Below are positions 54,925 to 64,000 of a stretch of DNA of 64,000 nt, piece by piece (positions within the stretch are counted from its first letter, which is position 1; each line of letters opens with the position of its first letter). Source of the DNA: Endomicrobium sp. (GTDB taxonomy: Bacteria; Elusimicrobiota; Endomicrobiia; Endomicrobiales; Endomicrobiaceae). The notes under the pieces are model-generated. The model had not been told where the DNA came from, did not search any database, and worked only from the letters and a program-made list of their open reading frames with translations. Where the stretch lies: positions 3,041-67,040 of the forward strand of contig JAISUD010000027.1 in the NCBI GenBank assembly GCA_031272265.1, read 5' to 3'. Position numbers and translations under genes: made by a program.

Positions 54925-55569
54925 ATGAAAAAATACGTGACTAGGAGTATCGTTTTTCTTGCTTTTATTTCGGCTTTATGCAGCGCAGATGCGGTTGCTA
55001 TAGGGCAGTTTATGGTTTGCCGTCCTATATTTTGCGCTCCTCTTATAGGTTTTTTAATGGGCGATATAGGCGCGGGTGTTTGGATAGGAATGATAACCGA
55101 GATGATTTGGATAAACACCGTGCCTATAGGTGTAAACGTGCCTGTTGATGTTTCTATAGTTAGTATTTTGTCTACATTTTGGATGTGTAAATATTTTACA
55201 GGTCTGTGCGAATCGGGAATATGGGGTTTGATTTTAGCTGTGCCGTTTGCATATTTATACAGAGTGATAAGCGTTTTTAGAAGAAACTTTAATACGAGGA
55301 TAATGCACTGGGTGGAAAGAGGAATACGGAATGGAAAATATAAGCGCGTGGATACAGGCATAATCGCGGGATTGTTCTTTTTTGTCGCAAAAGCGTTTTT
55401 GTTTTATGTGTTTTCAATGTTTGTTGGCGGACGGATATATGAACTCGTATATCAAAAGCTTCCATTGTTTGTTCTTGAAGGTTTTTATAAAGCGTGGTAT
55501 TTGCTGCCTATATGCGGGTTCGGCGCGGTTATATGCAATTTCAGAAAAACTCCTTTTTTAAGACGTTAA
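54925..55569 (+). CDS. PTS mannose-family EIIC
   Basis: GQFMVCRPI..GFLMGD..G..EMIW..PIG, several TM helices, synteny. Confidence 0.85.
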   Translation: MKKYVTRSIVFLAFISALCSADAVAIGQFMVCRPIFCAPLIGFLMGDIGAGVWIGMITEMIWINTVPIGVNVPVDVSIVSILSTFWMCKYFTGLCESGIWGLILAVPFAYLYRVISVFRRNFNTRIMHWVERGIRNGKYKRVDTGIIAGLFFFVAKAFLFYVFSMFVGGRIYELVYQKLPLFVLEGFYKAWYLLPICGFGAVICNFRKTPFLRR

Positions 55570-55722
55570 AGTGCGTATTCACATCACTGTGGACAAATCG
55601 GATAAGACTGAGAAAGAAATTTAAGTTCGTCGGTTATAAACTTAAATAAATTTGCTGTTTTTGTTTTGAATCAAACATATATAAGGATTATCAGTTAATT
55701 GTAAATACGCGAGTGTATAAAC

Positions 55723-56517
55723 TTGAGAATTATAAAATTATACGTCAATATGTTTGTGAAAACTTTTTTTATCCAAACGCTGTGGAATTACGAACGACTG
55801 CAAAACGTCGGTTTTTTATTTATATTAAAACCTTTTTTATGCAGAATTTATTCAGATGAGGGTGAAAAGAAAGAAGCTTTTTTAAGACATGTGGGATTTT
55901 TTAACACGCACCCTTATATGGTTGATCTGATAGCTGCGATTGTTGTAAATATGGAGGAGAAGGCGTCTGAAAATGTCCACGGTGAAAAAGTTTCCGATAT
56001 AAATATGATTAAAGATATAATGACGGCGCCTTTGGCCCGCGATAGGCGATTCGTTCTTTTGGGGTACGTTAAGACATTTGGCGACGTTTGCAGGCGTATT
56101 TATTCTCTTTCTTTTTGTCAATATATTCAGCAGCCAATTTGCGACGTATGATTTTTGGGTGCCTTTAACATTTATTTCTTTTTACAATATTGTGCACATT
56201 CCCGCGAGGTTTTTGCTTATGTTTATGGGTTTTAAATTTGACAGAAAAAAAACATCGCTCTGTTATCAAGCATTAATTTCAGCACTTTGTGGAAAATAAT
56301 GTATTACAGCGAAGTTGCATTTGTAGCCGGCGCGTCGGTTTTATATCTGAAATTTTTGTTTTTTACTTTTCTAAACAGCGGAAATAATATCTGTGATATG
56401 TTTATATATGTCGGTTTATTTATGTTTTCAATCTTTGTTTCTTTGAAATTCAGCGCGGTTTTTTTGTTTTACGGTGCGGTGTTAATATGTATTGGAATTT
56501 CATATTTGGGAATATAA
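55723..56517 (+). pseudogene. PTS mannose-family EIID with two frameshifts
   Basis: WNYERLQNVG, FFNTHP, APLA/AIGDSFFWG broken by an extra C at ~56036; second slip in the A-run at ~56250. Confidence 0.85.
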
Positions 56518-56518
56518 A

Positions 56519-56779
56519 ATGAAAGAAGAAATTATTGTCGTTTCAAATAAAATGGGTTTACATGCAAGACCTGCAGCTATGCTTGTGCAGACTACAAATA
56601 AATATCGCTCTGCGATTAAGATTTTGAAGGATGATTTTGAAGTTAACGCAAAGAGTATTATGGGTGTTATGGCTTTAGCTGCCGGGTGCGGGAGCGCGTT
56701 GAGATTTATCGCCGACGGTCCGGATGAGAACGAAGTTTTGGCCGCGGTTAAAAGTCTGTTTGAATCTATGGTGGATTGA
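56519..56779 (+). CDS. ptsH: Phosphocarrier HPr
   Basis: GLHARPA, NAKSIMG. Confidence 0.96.
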   Translation: MKEEIIVVSNKMGLHARPAAMLVQTTNKYRSAIKILKDDFEVNAKSIMGVMALAAGCGSALRFIADGPDENEVLAAVKSLFESMVD

Positions 56780-56820
56780 GTTGTTTTTTAACCGTGAATT
56801 TGATTAGCGAGGGAGAAAAA

Positions 56821-58557
56821 ATGCCTGATAAGAAAGACATCGTTTTTAAAGGTGTTGCTGCGTCCCCCGGAATTGCTATTGGCAAAGTTTTTTTTGTTGA
56901 AGGTGACGATTTTCACCCTGTCTGCAGGGAAATACCTAAAAATGCAATAGAAACTGAAAAAATGCGTTTGAATAACGCCGTTGAAAAAACAAGAGCCGAA
57001 TTTAAAGCGATTTACGCCAAGATTGACGAAACTCTCGGTAAAAATTATGCGCAAATAGCAGATGTTCATCTTTTAATTCTAGACGATCCAATTATGAAAA
57101 AGGATGTCTATAAACTTATAGACTGCGGAATTAACGCGGAATATGCTGTTTTTAAGGTTGTAGATAATATTGTCCGTTCTTTTGAGTCCATAGAAAATGA
57201 CTATTTCAGGGAAAGAAAACTTGATATTCAAGACACCGGAAAGAAAATTATTGGATATCTGTTGGGCAGACAAAGAAAAAATCTTGCAAGTTTAACCAAG
57301 GGTTCAATAGTAGTTTCCCATAATTTAACTCCCGCTGACACTATGGCGATAAGAGAGAGATTAGTTAAAGGTTTTGTTACGGATATTGGTGGAAAAACTT
57401 CGCATACGGCGGTTGTTGCTCAAGGACTTTCAATACCGGCAGTTGTAGGCTTAAAAGTAATATCTTCTCAAGTAATGACCGGAGATATTATAATTGTTGA
57501 CGGGAATAAAGGTGAGGTTATATTAAATCCGACTTCCGAGACTATAGCCAAATATAAAAGAGAGTTCGTTGTACAGTCTGAAAAGAAAAAAGAGCTTGAA
57601 AAACTTAAAGATTTATTGGCTGAAACGCCGGATAATCACAAAGTTTTAATTTTTGCAAATATTGATAATCCCGACGAAATACAGTCAGTTTTAAGTAGCG
57701 GTGCAACGGGAATAGGTCTTTACAGGACGGAATTTATATATTTTAACCGCGTTAATATGCCGTCTGAAAGAGAACATTTTGAAAATTATTCTATGGTTGT
57801 AAAAATGATGTCGCCTTATCCAACTGTTATAAGAACGTTTGATTTGGGCGGCGACAAGCTTACAAAAATAGGTCTTTTAAATGTGGAGCAGGAAAAGAAT
57901 CCATTTTTGGGTTTGAGAGCTATAAGACTTTGCCTTAAATACCCTGAAATTTTTATTGATCAGTTGAAAGGCATTTTAAAAGCATCGGCTTATGGGAAAG
58001 TCAAGCTTATGTATCCGATGGTATCCGGAGTTGAAGAGTTATGCGAGGTTAATAAAATTCTTGATGAAGTAAAACGAAATTTGAAGAAAGAAAATGTAAA
58101 ATTTGACGAGGAAATGGAAGTCGGTGCAATGATAGAAGTACCGTCTGCTGCTATGATAATTGACGCTATCGCTAAAGAAGTTGACTTTGTTTCAATAGGA
58201 ACTAATGACTTAATACAATATACGCTTGCTATTGACAGAATAAATGAAAATGTCGTAAATCTTTATGATCCTCTGCACCCTGCGATTTTGAGATTTATTA
58301 AGAAAATTATAGAAGAGAGTCATAAAGCGGGAATAACCGTAAGTATATGCGGAGAAATGGCGGGGGATCCGTATTACGCGCCCATTCTTTTAGGTTTCGG
58401 GCTTGACCAGTTCAGCGTGTCACCTACGCAGGTTCCGGAGATTAAGAGAGTGATAAGAAGCATTTCTTTTGTGGACGCCGAAAAGATTTCGGAAAAAGTT
58501 TTAAAATGCGGTGACAGAGAGTCGGTTTTAAAAATTATAAATGCCACTTACGCGTAA
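56821..58557 (+). CDS. ptsI: PTS enzyme I
   Basis: ASPGIAIG, GGKTSHT, GLYRTEF, NPFLGLRA, SIGTNDL, CGEMAG. Confidence 0.96.
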   Translation: MPDKKDIVFKGVAASPGIAIGKVFFVEGDDFHPVCREIPKNAIETEKMRLNNAVEKTRAEFKAIYAKIDETLGKNYAQIADVHLLILDDPIMKKDVYKLIDCGINAEYAVFKVVDNIVRSFESIENDYFRERKLDIQDTGKKIIGYLLGRQRKNLASLTKGSIVVSHNLTPADTMAIRERLVKGFVTDIGGKTSHTAVVAQGLSIPAVVGLKVISSQVMTGDIIIVDGNKGEVILNPTSETIAKYKREFVVQSEKKKELEKLKDLLAETPDNHKVLIFANIDNPDEIQSVLSSGATGIGLYRTEFIYFNRVNMPSEREHFENYSMVVKMMSPYPTVIRTFDLGGDKLTKIGLLNVEQEKNPFLGLRAIRLCLKYPEIFIDQLKGILKASAYGKVKLMYPMVSGVEELCEVNKILDEVKRNLKKENVKFDEEMEVGAMIEVPSAAMIIDAIAKEVDFVSIGTNDLIQYTLAIDRINENVVNLYDPLHPAILRFIKKIIEESHKAGITVSICGEMAGDPYYAPILLGFGLDQFSVSPTQVPEIKRVIRSISFVDAEKISEKVLKCGDRESVLKIINATYA

Positions 58558-58627
58558 TAAAACATCGTAAAAGTTTTGATATCTAGTTTTAAAATCTTTG
58601 TTGGAAATAGAGAATAAGCTGAGAATA

Positions 58628-60415
58628 ATGTCTAATATAAGGAATTTTTGCATCATAGCCCATGTAGATCATGGAAAAAGCACGCTTGCTGACAGGCTCC
58701 TTGAGCATACCGGGACGATTTCGCCAAGAGAGATGAAAGATCAAATTCTTGACGATATGGAACTGGAAAGAGAAAAAGGCATAACTATAAAAGCTAAAGC
58801 CGTAAGAATGAATTATACGGATAAAAACGGCGAAGAATATATATTCAATTTAATTGATACTCCGGGCCATGTTGATTTTACGTATGAAGTGTCAAGAGCT
58901 CTCAGCGCTTGCGAGGGAGCGGTTTTGGTAATTGACGCTACACAGGGCGTGGAAGCACAGACTCTTGCAAATACTATGCTGGTGAAAAACAGAGGACTTA
59001 AAATTATTCCGGTGATAAATAAAATAGATTTGCCTACCGCCGAGATTGAAGGCGTCCGCGAACAAATGAAAGAAGGACTTGAAATTGACAGTCCTCCTAT
59101 ACTTGCGAGCGCAAAAGAGGGTGTAGGCATAAACGAGATAATAAATTCGGTGATATTGGAAATTCCTCCTCCAGAAGTTTTTAAAGAGAAGCCGTTGTCA
59201 GCTTTGATATTTGATTCGTTTTACGATTCCTATCGCGGAGTTATAGTTATAATAAGAGTTTTTGATGGAAAAATCCGAAAAGGTATAAAAATTAAATTTA
59301 TGGCGTCTGGCGCAGAGTGTGAAACGCTTGAAGTCGGATATATGAAAATAAGAATGGTTGAGGCAAACGAACTTTTTTCGGGTGAAGTCGGATATGTAGT
59401 TTCAGGAGTAAAAGATATACGCGATATAAAAATCGGCGATACAATTACCGAGACTGTAAATCCGACAAAACGTCCACACGAAGGGTATAAAGAAGTAAAT
59501 CCTTTCGTTTTTGCGGGATTTTATCCTAACAGCGCATCTGAGTACGGCGAGTTAAAGAGCGCTTTGGGAAAGTTAAAACTTTCAGACTCTTCTCTTGTGT
59601 ATTCTCCTGAAACCTCAATAGCTTTGGGTTTTGGATTTAGGTGTGGTTTCTTGGGCTCTTTGCATTTGGATATAGTTAAAGAGAGACTTGAAAGAGAATT
59701 CGGACTGAATCTTCTGGTTACGGCGCCAAACGTTATATATAAAATAAAATCTAAAGGTAGATTTATAAAAATAGATAATCCCTCAGAATTTCCGAGCGCT
59801 TCAGATATTGAGGAAATTTGGGAGCCTTATGTTGAAGCAACGATAATCTGCCCTGTTAGTTTTTTGGGCCCCATTCTTGATTTATGCCAGAAAAAAAGAG
59901 GAAAACAGATATTGATGAAGTACATAAATGCTAAGATTACGGTTTTAAAGTACCGTATGCCTCTTGCGAAAATTATCGTTGGTTTTTATGACGCTCTGAA
60001 GTCGGTTTCAAAAGGTTACGCCTCTTTTGACTATGAGCATATTGAGCCGCAGCTGGGTGATTTGGTGAAACTTGAAATTATAATAAATATGGAAGTTGTT
60101 GACGCTTTTACAGTTATAATTTATAAAGACGAAGCACAGCTGGTGGCGCGTTATCTTACTGAAAAGTTAAAATCCATTATTCCAAGACATATGTTTGAAA
60201 TTCCCGTGCAGGCAAGAGTGAATAATAGAATAATTGCCAGAGAGACTATATCGGCATTACGTAAAGACGTTCTTGCAAAATGCTATGGTGGTGATATAAC
60301 GAGGAAACGTAAACTTCTTGAAAAACAGAAAGAAGGCAAGCGTAAAATGAGACAATTTGGAAAAGTGGAAATTCCGTCAGAGGCTTTTATTGCAACACTG
60401 AAAATAAACGAGTAA
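58628..60415 (+). CDS. lepA: Elongation factor 4
   Basis: IRNFCIIAHVDHGKST, DTPGHVDF, KCYGGDITRKRKL. Confidence 0.97.
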   Translation: MSNIRNFCIIAHVDHGKSTLADRLLEHTGTISPREMKDQILDDMELEREKGITIKAKAVRMNYTDKNGEEYIFNLIDTPGHVDFTYEVSRALSACEGAVLVIDATQGVEAQTLANTMLVKNRGLKIIPVINKIDLPTAEIEGVREQMKEGLEIDSPPILASAKEGVGINEIINSVILEIPPPEVFKEKPLSALIFDSFYDSYRGVIVIIRVFDGKIRKGIKIKFMASGAECETLEVGYMKIRMVEANELFSGEVGYVVSGVKDIRDIKIGDTITETVNPTKRPHEGYKEVNPFVFAGFYPNSASEYGELKSALGKLKLSDSSLVYSPETSIALGFGFRCGFLGSLHLDIVKERLEREFGLNLLVTAPNVIYKIKSKGRFIKIDNPSEFPSASDIEEIWEPYVEATIICPVSFLGPILDLCQKKRGKQILMKYINAKITVLKYRMPLAKIIVGFYDALKSVSKGYASFDYEHIEPQLGDLVKLEIIINMEVVDAFTVIIYKDEAQLVARYLTEKLKSIIPRHMFEIPVQARVNNRIIARETISALRKDVLAKCYGGDITRKRKLLEKQKEGKRKMRQFGKVEIPSEAFIATLKINE

Positions 60416-61223
60416 AGTAAAATATATATTTCTTTCTTTGTATTTGTTATAATTTTTTCTCTTGCAGGTCTTTTTTATTCTTAATTATGTAGAGAAGATT
60501 GAGAGTAAAATCAAGCGAATTAAACAAACAACAGCGAGCTTAGAAACTGGAATTGGTAATACAATGAGGAAGTTGGACAGGAAGCGTGATATAGACGTTG
60601 TGTAGTGACAGATTTTCGTTTATTGCCGTTAAATCTAGATTTAACCGAACTCTAGACTATATATAATGAGAGGGAGTAAATAAAATAACAAACTGTTTTA
60701 TTATGTTTATTATGTGGTGTTGAATTTATTGTTATGCGGATAGGATGAGTCAATGGAAATTTTGTGGATAATGCCTATAATAGTGCTAATAATGGTGCTG
60801 CTTGGATTTCAAGATATGTGCTATTAGGCACGGTTTTTACAAGAAAAGAGATATGAGAAGAACTTTTACTGATTATACTCGTGAATATAATTATAAAAAT
60901 CATGGACCACTATGAGTCATTGATAAATGAAATAAATGCCTCTTTCCAAATTATTTTTTGGTTGTGTTATTGTGGTATAGTATGTTTTTGGATATGGTTA
61001 ATATAACGTGTAATCATAAAGTCTTATAAATATAAGAGTAATTTGTAGTGGTTATAGTAATTAGTGTGGAACTGTATAGTATATAGTAGTTAGGGTATTT
61101 CCAATTCTGAAAGAGTTCGGTGTTATCTATTGTTATCTATGTCGCATAATACGTGATACATATTGATGTCAAGCTATTTCGCTTTATGTATATGAGATAA
61201 TATTGTTGAGGGGTGTGTTAGCT

Positions 61224-62003
61224 GTGGAGTTTAAACTTTTTCTCGTAGGAAGTGTTCTTTTTGTTATAGCTATGTTTATGCTTATTGCAAAAAGGCATTT
61301 TAAAACTTTTTCGTCACAAAAATATTTTAAACAAATATATTTATGGGTTGACATGAGTTGGTCTGCTCTTATAATAGCTTCTTTTGTTATGTTTTTTTTT
61401 ATACAGGCTTTTAAGATTCCCACAGGTAGCATGAGAAATACTCTTATTGAAGGTGATCATCTTTTTGTGAATAAATTTATTTATGGTTTTCGTATTCCTT
61501 TTGCCGACAGTGGAAAAAGGTACGCTGCGTTAAAGAACATTAAGCGGGGAGACGTAGTTGTTTTTCAAGCTCCTCCTAAAGCTTTGGCGGTTTCTGAGAA
61601 AAAAAACGGGGAAATAAAAGTAGATTATATAAAAAGGTGCGTTGCTGTCGCGGGCGACAAGGTTGAAATAAGAAATAAAGTGCTTTTTGTAAACGGTGTC
61701 CGCGTTAACGATTCTTGCGCGAGTTTTAATGATTCTTATGTTTTTCCGAAAATCAGTTTATTTAATGATATGAAAGAATATCAGCGGGCCTGGGAAATAG
61801 GCGAATTTGCCTCAGTTCCGGCGGTTTTTATAAGAGATAATTTCGGCCCTGTGACTGTACCAGAGGGGCATTATATGATGATGGGCGATAACAGGGATTT
61901 TTCTCTTGATTCTCGTTTTTGGGGACCACTACCTGATAAGTATGTAAAAGGTAAGGCGTTGCTTTTGTACTGGCCGGTTAAACGTTGGAGGTTAATATTA
62001 TGA
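61224..62003 (+). CDS. lepB: Signal peptidase I
   Basis: IPTGSM, YIKR, GDNRDFSLDSRFWG. Confidence 0.93.
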   Translation: MEFKLFLVGSVLFVIAMFMLIAKRHFKTFSSQKYFKQIYLWVDMSWSALIIASFVMFFFIQAFKIPTGSMRNTLIEGDHLFVNKFIYGFRIPFADSGKRYAALKNIKRGDVVVFQAPPKALAVSEKKNGEIKVDYIKRCVAVAGDKVEIRNKVLFVNGVRVNDSCASFNDSYVFPKISLFNDMKEYQRAWEIGEFASVPAVFIRDNFGPVTVPEGHYMMMGDNRDFSLDSRFWGPLPDKYVKGKALLLYWPVKRWRLIL

Positions 62004-62419
62004 CTTGTATTGTTTGGTTTATTGTTTCTATCGCGCTCTTAGCTTTTGAAATGTTATCGCCGTCGTTTTTTTTCTTTTTTTGCCTCTCCGTCGGTTCCGT
62101 ATTCGCAGCGATAATGTCTTGGTTTAATGTTTTAATCCAGATTGAATTTGCTGTTTTTGTAACCGTTTCCGTTATATCTGTATACTTTATAAGGCCTGTG
62201 CTAAAAAGAGTCTTGAGTAGGTCTGAAACTGTAAATTCTAATGTGGACGCTCTTATTGGAGAAAATGCCGTAGTTGTTGAAAATATAAGTCCTTTAAAAT
62301 CCGGTTTTGTGAAAGTTTTAAGCGAAATATGGAGAGCCGAATCGGACGTTGAATTTAAGGTGGGTGAGACGGCGAAAATAAAAAGTATCAGTGGGACGAG
62401 ACTTATAGTGAAAAAATAA
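62000..62419 (+). CDS. NfeD-like membrane protein
   Basis: TM N-terminus, LIGE..V..G.VK...IWRA OB-fold; precedes the SPFH gene. Confidence 0.85.
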   Translation: MTCIVWFIVSIALLAFEMLSPSFFFFFCLSVGSVFAAIMSWFNVLIQIEFAVFVTVSVISVYFIRPVLKRVLSRSETVNSNVDALIGENAVVVENISPLKSGFVKVLSEIWRAESDVEFKVGETAKIKSISGTRLIVKK

Positions 62420-62499
62420 AGGCTGCGTGGACTTTTGAGAGTGGGGTTGCAACATATAAAAAATGTAAGTATATAAATTAAATTAGTAAGGAGGTTGGT

Positions 62500-63441
62500 A
62501 TGCTGACGTTGACGTTTATTTGGATAGTTATAGCTTTTGTGATTGTTTTTATAGCGAATTCTATAAAGATAATAAGGCAATATGAGAAAGGGCTCGTTGA
62601 AACTTTAGGCAGATATACAGGAACGAGACATTCAGGCGCTAATATTATTATTCCGCTGTTTCAGAGGATGTTAAGGGTTGATATGAGGGAGCGGGTTATA
62701 GATGTTCCCCCGCAAAGCGTTATTACAAAAGACAATGTTTCGGTAATTGTGGATGCCATTATTTATTTTCAGGTTACTGATCCCGTAAAAGTTGTTTATA
62801 ATATTGAAAATTTTGCGCTTGCTGCTTTAAAGCTTGCGCAGACAAATTTGAGAAACGTAATCGGTGATATGGAGTTAGATAGTACTCTTACGTCTAGGGA
62901 AAAAATAAACGCTCAATTGAGAGTTGTAATGGACGAAGCTACTGATAAATGGGGTGTAAAGGTTACGAGAGTTGAAATACAAAAAATTGATCCTCCCAGA
63001 GATATTACGGACGCTATGTCAAAGCAAATGAAAGCCGAAAGAGAAAAGAGAGCGAATATTTTGGAAGCTGAAGGTTTAAGACAGGCAGCTATTCTTAAAG
63101 CGGAGGGTGCAAAACAAGCCGTTATTCTTGATGCTGAGGCAGTAAAGGAGAAACAAGTCTTAGAAGCTAGTGGAGAAGCTGAAGCTATAAAAAAAGTCGC
63201 GGAAGCTGAAAAATATAAAATTGAAATAGTATACAGCGCTATACATGAAGGTAAACCTACTAACGATCTTATCGCTATTAAATATCTTGAAGCGCTTGGG
63301 AAAGTTGCCGATGGACAAGCGACAAAGATTTTTCTTCCACTGGAAACTACAGGAGTTACAGCTTCACTTGGTGGCATAGCGGAACTCTTTAAGAACACTC
63401 CGAAATCGGAGGAAGTTGTGAAAACTGTTTCCGGCAAATAG
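62500..63441 (+). CDS. SPFH/stomatin (QmcA-like) protein
   Basis: [31 protein letters not shown]. Confidence 0.93.
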   Translation: MLTLTFIWIVIAFVIVFIANSIKIIRQYEKGLVETLGRYTGTRHSGANIIIPLFQRMLRVDMRERVIDVPPQSVITKDNVSVIVDAIIYFQVTDPVKVVYNIENFALAALKLAQTNLRNVIGDMELDSTLTSREKINAQLRVVMDEATDKWGVKVTRVEIQKIDPPRDITDAMSKQMKAEREKRANILEAEGLRQAAILKAEGAKQAVILDAEAVKEKQVLEASGEAEAIKKVAEAEKYKIEIVYSAIHEGKPTNDLIAIKYLEALGKVADGQATKIFLPLETTGVTASLGGIAELFKNTPKSEEVVKTVSGK

Positions 63442-63511
63442 TTTTTTTATTATGCTTGTGTAGGTGTGTTTATTTTTAGCGCGCCGGATATATATATTTA
63501 GACGAACGCTT

Positions 63512-64000
63512 ATGGCAGGTTTATATGTTCATGTGCCTTTTTGTCACAGGAAATGTCTTTACTGCAATTTCTTTTCGGTAAATTATGACAACGTTTTAGC
63601 GGATAAATATATCGACGCTTTAATAAAACACGCGGTAAAGTTCAAGGATGAAAAAATAGATTCGGTTTATATAGGTGGAGGAACGCCTTCAGTTTTGTCT
63701 TTAGGACAAATACGAAGACTTTTAGAAGTGTTGAATGAAGTTTTTGACTTGTCAAGAGTTCAAGAATTTACATTTGAGCTGAATCCAGAGTCGGTTTCAA
63801 AAGAAAAGCTGTGCATTCTCAGGAAGCTTGGAGTAAATAGATTAAGCATAGGGCTTCAATCTGTTGAAGATAAATCTCTGAAATTTTTGGGGAGGGCGCA
63901 CGATTTTAGAACTTTTTGTAGCACTTATGATACGGCGAGGGAAGAAAATTTTGACAATATAAATATTGATTTGCTGTACGGTTTGCCGGAACAAACGCTG
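63512..64000 (+). CDS. hemW: HemW/HemN-like radical SAM protein, truncated by the window end
   Basis: Manual translation: MAGLYVHVPFCHRKCLYCNF..YIGGGTPS..ELNP..RLSIGLQS..NIDLLYGLP. Confidence 0.9.
   Translation, partial: MAGLYVHVPFCHRKCLYCNFFSVNYDNVLADKYIDALIKHAVKFKDEKIDSVYIGGGTPSVLSLGQIRRLLEVLNEVFDLSRVQEFTFELNPESVSKEKLCILRKLGVNRLSIGLQSVEDKSLKFLGRAHDFRTFCSTYDTAREENFDNINIDLLYGLPEQTL

Noticed and set aside
21671-63437. Short ORFs overlapping housekeeping genes on the opposite strand or in another frame
   Set aside because: They are shadow ORFs without motifs, overlapping well-supported genes.
1-64000. tRNA, rRNA or transposase genes
   Set aside because: None recognised by eye; tRNAscan, Rfam and ISfinder runs would be needed to exclude them.

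Overview
Low-GC bacterial chromosome segment. Gene content, gene order and heavy pseudogenisation suggest an endosymbiotic Endomicrobium-type member of Elusimicrobiota (inference, not a database result). Bases ~21-64 kb are mostly housekeeping genes: DUF4833 protein, Kef/YbaL antiporter, radical SAM fusion, rng, PBP1A, hisS, Re-citrate synthase-like enzyme, aspC, rplU-rpmA-obgE, nadA, split metH, lptCAB-hpf-ptsN-hprK-rapZ-yvcK-mannose PTS-ptsH-ptsI, lepA, lepB, nfeD-SPFH and partial hemW. hpf and the mannose PTS carry frameshifts. The first ~20 kb looks almost non-coding in the ORF track. Manual translation shows it is a tandem array of about 28 paralogous small genes of an unrecognised family, only about four of them intact. 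Their shared architecture is RBS, an MKKI..L.L.QLxGC lipoprotein signal, PNIIV, a variable spacer, a W-x-Y/F-K motif, a TM helix and a charged, coiled-coil or Cys-rich tail. One further copy at 46 kb is broken by a 28-bp duplication and a poly-A slip. The array also holds orphan type I-C-like CRISPR repeats and a type IV pilin relic. Pseudogene end points are approximate and all alignments were made by eye.
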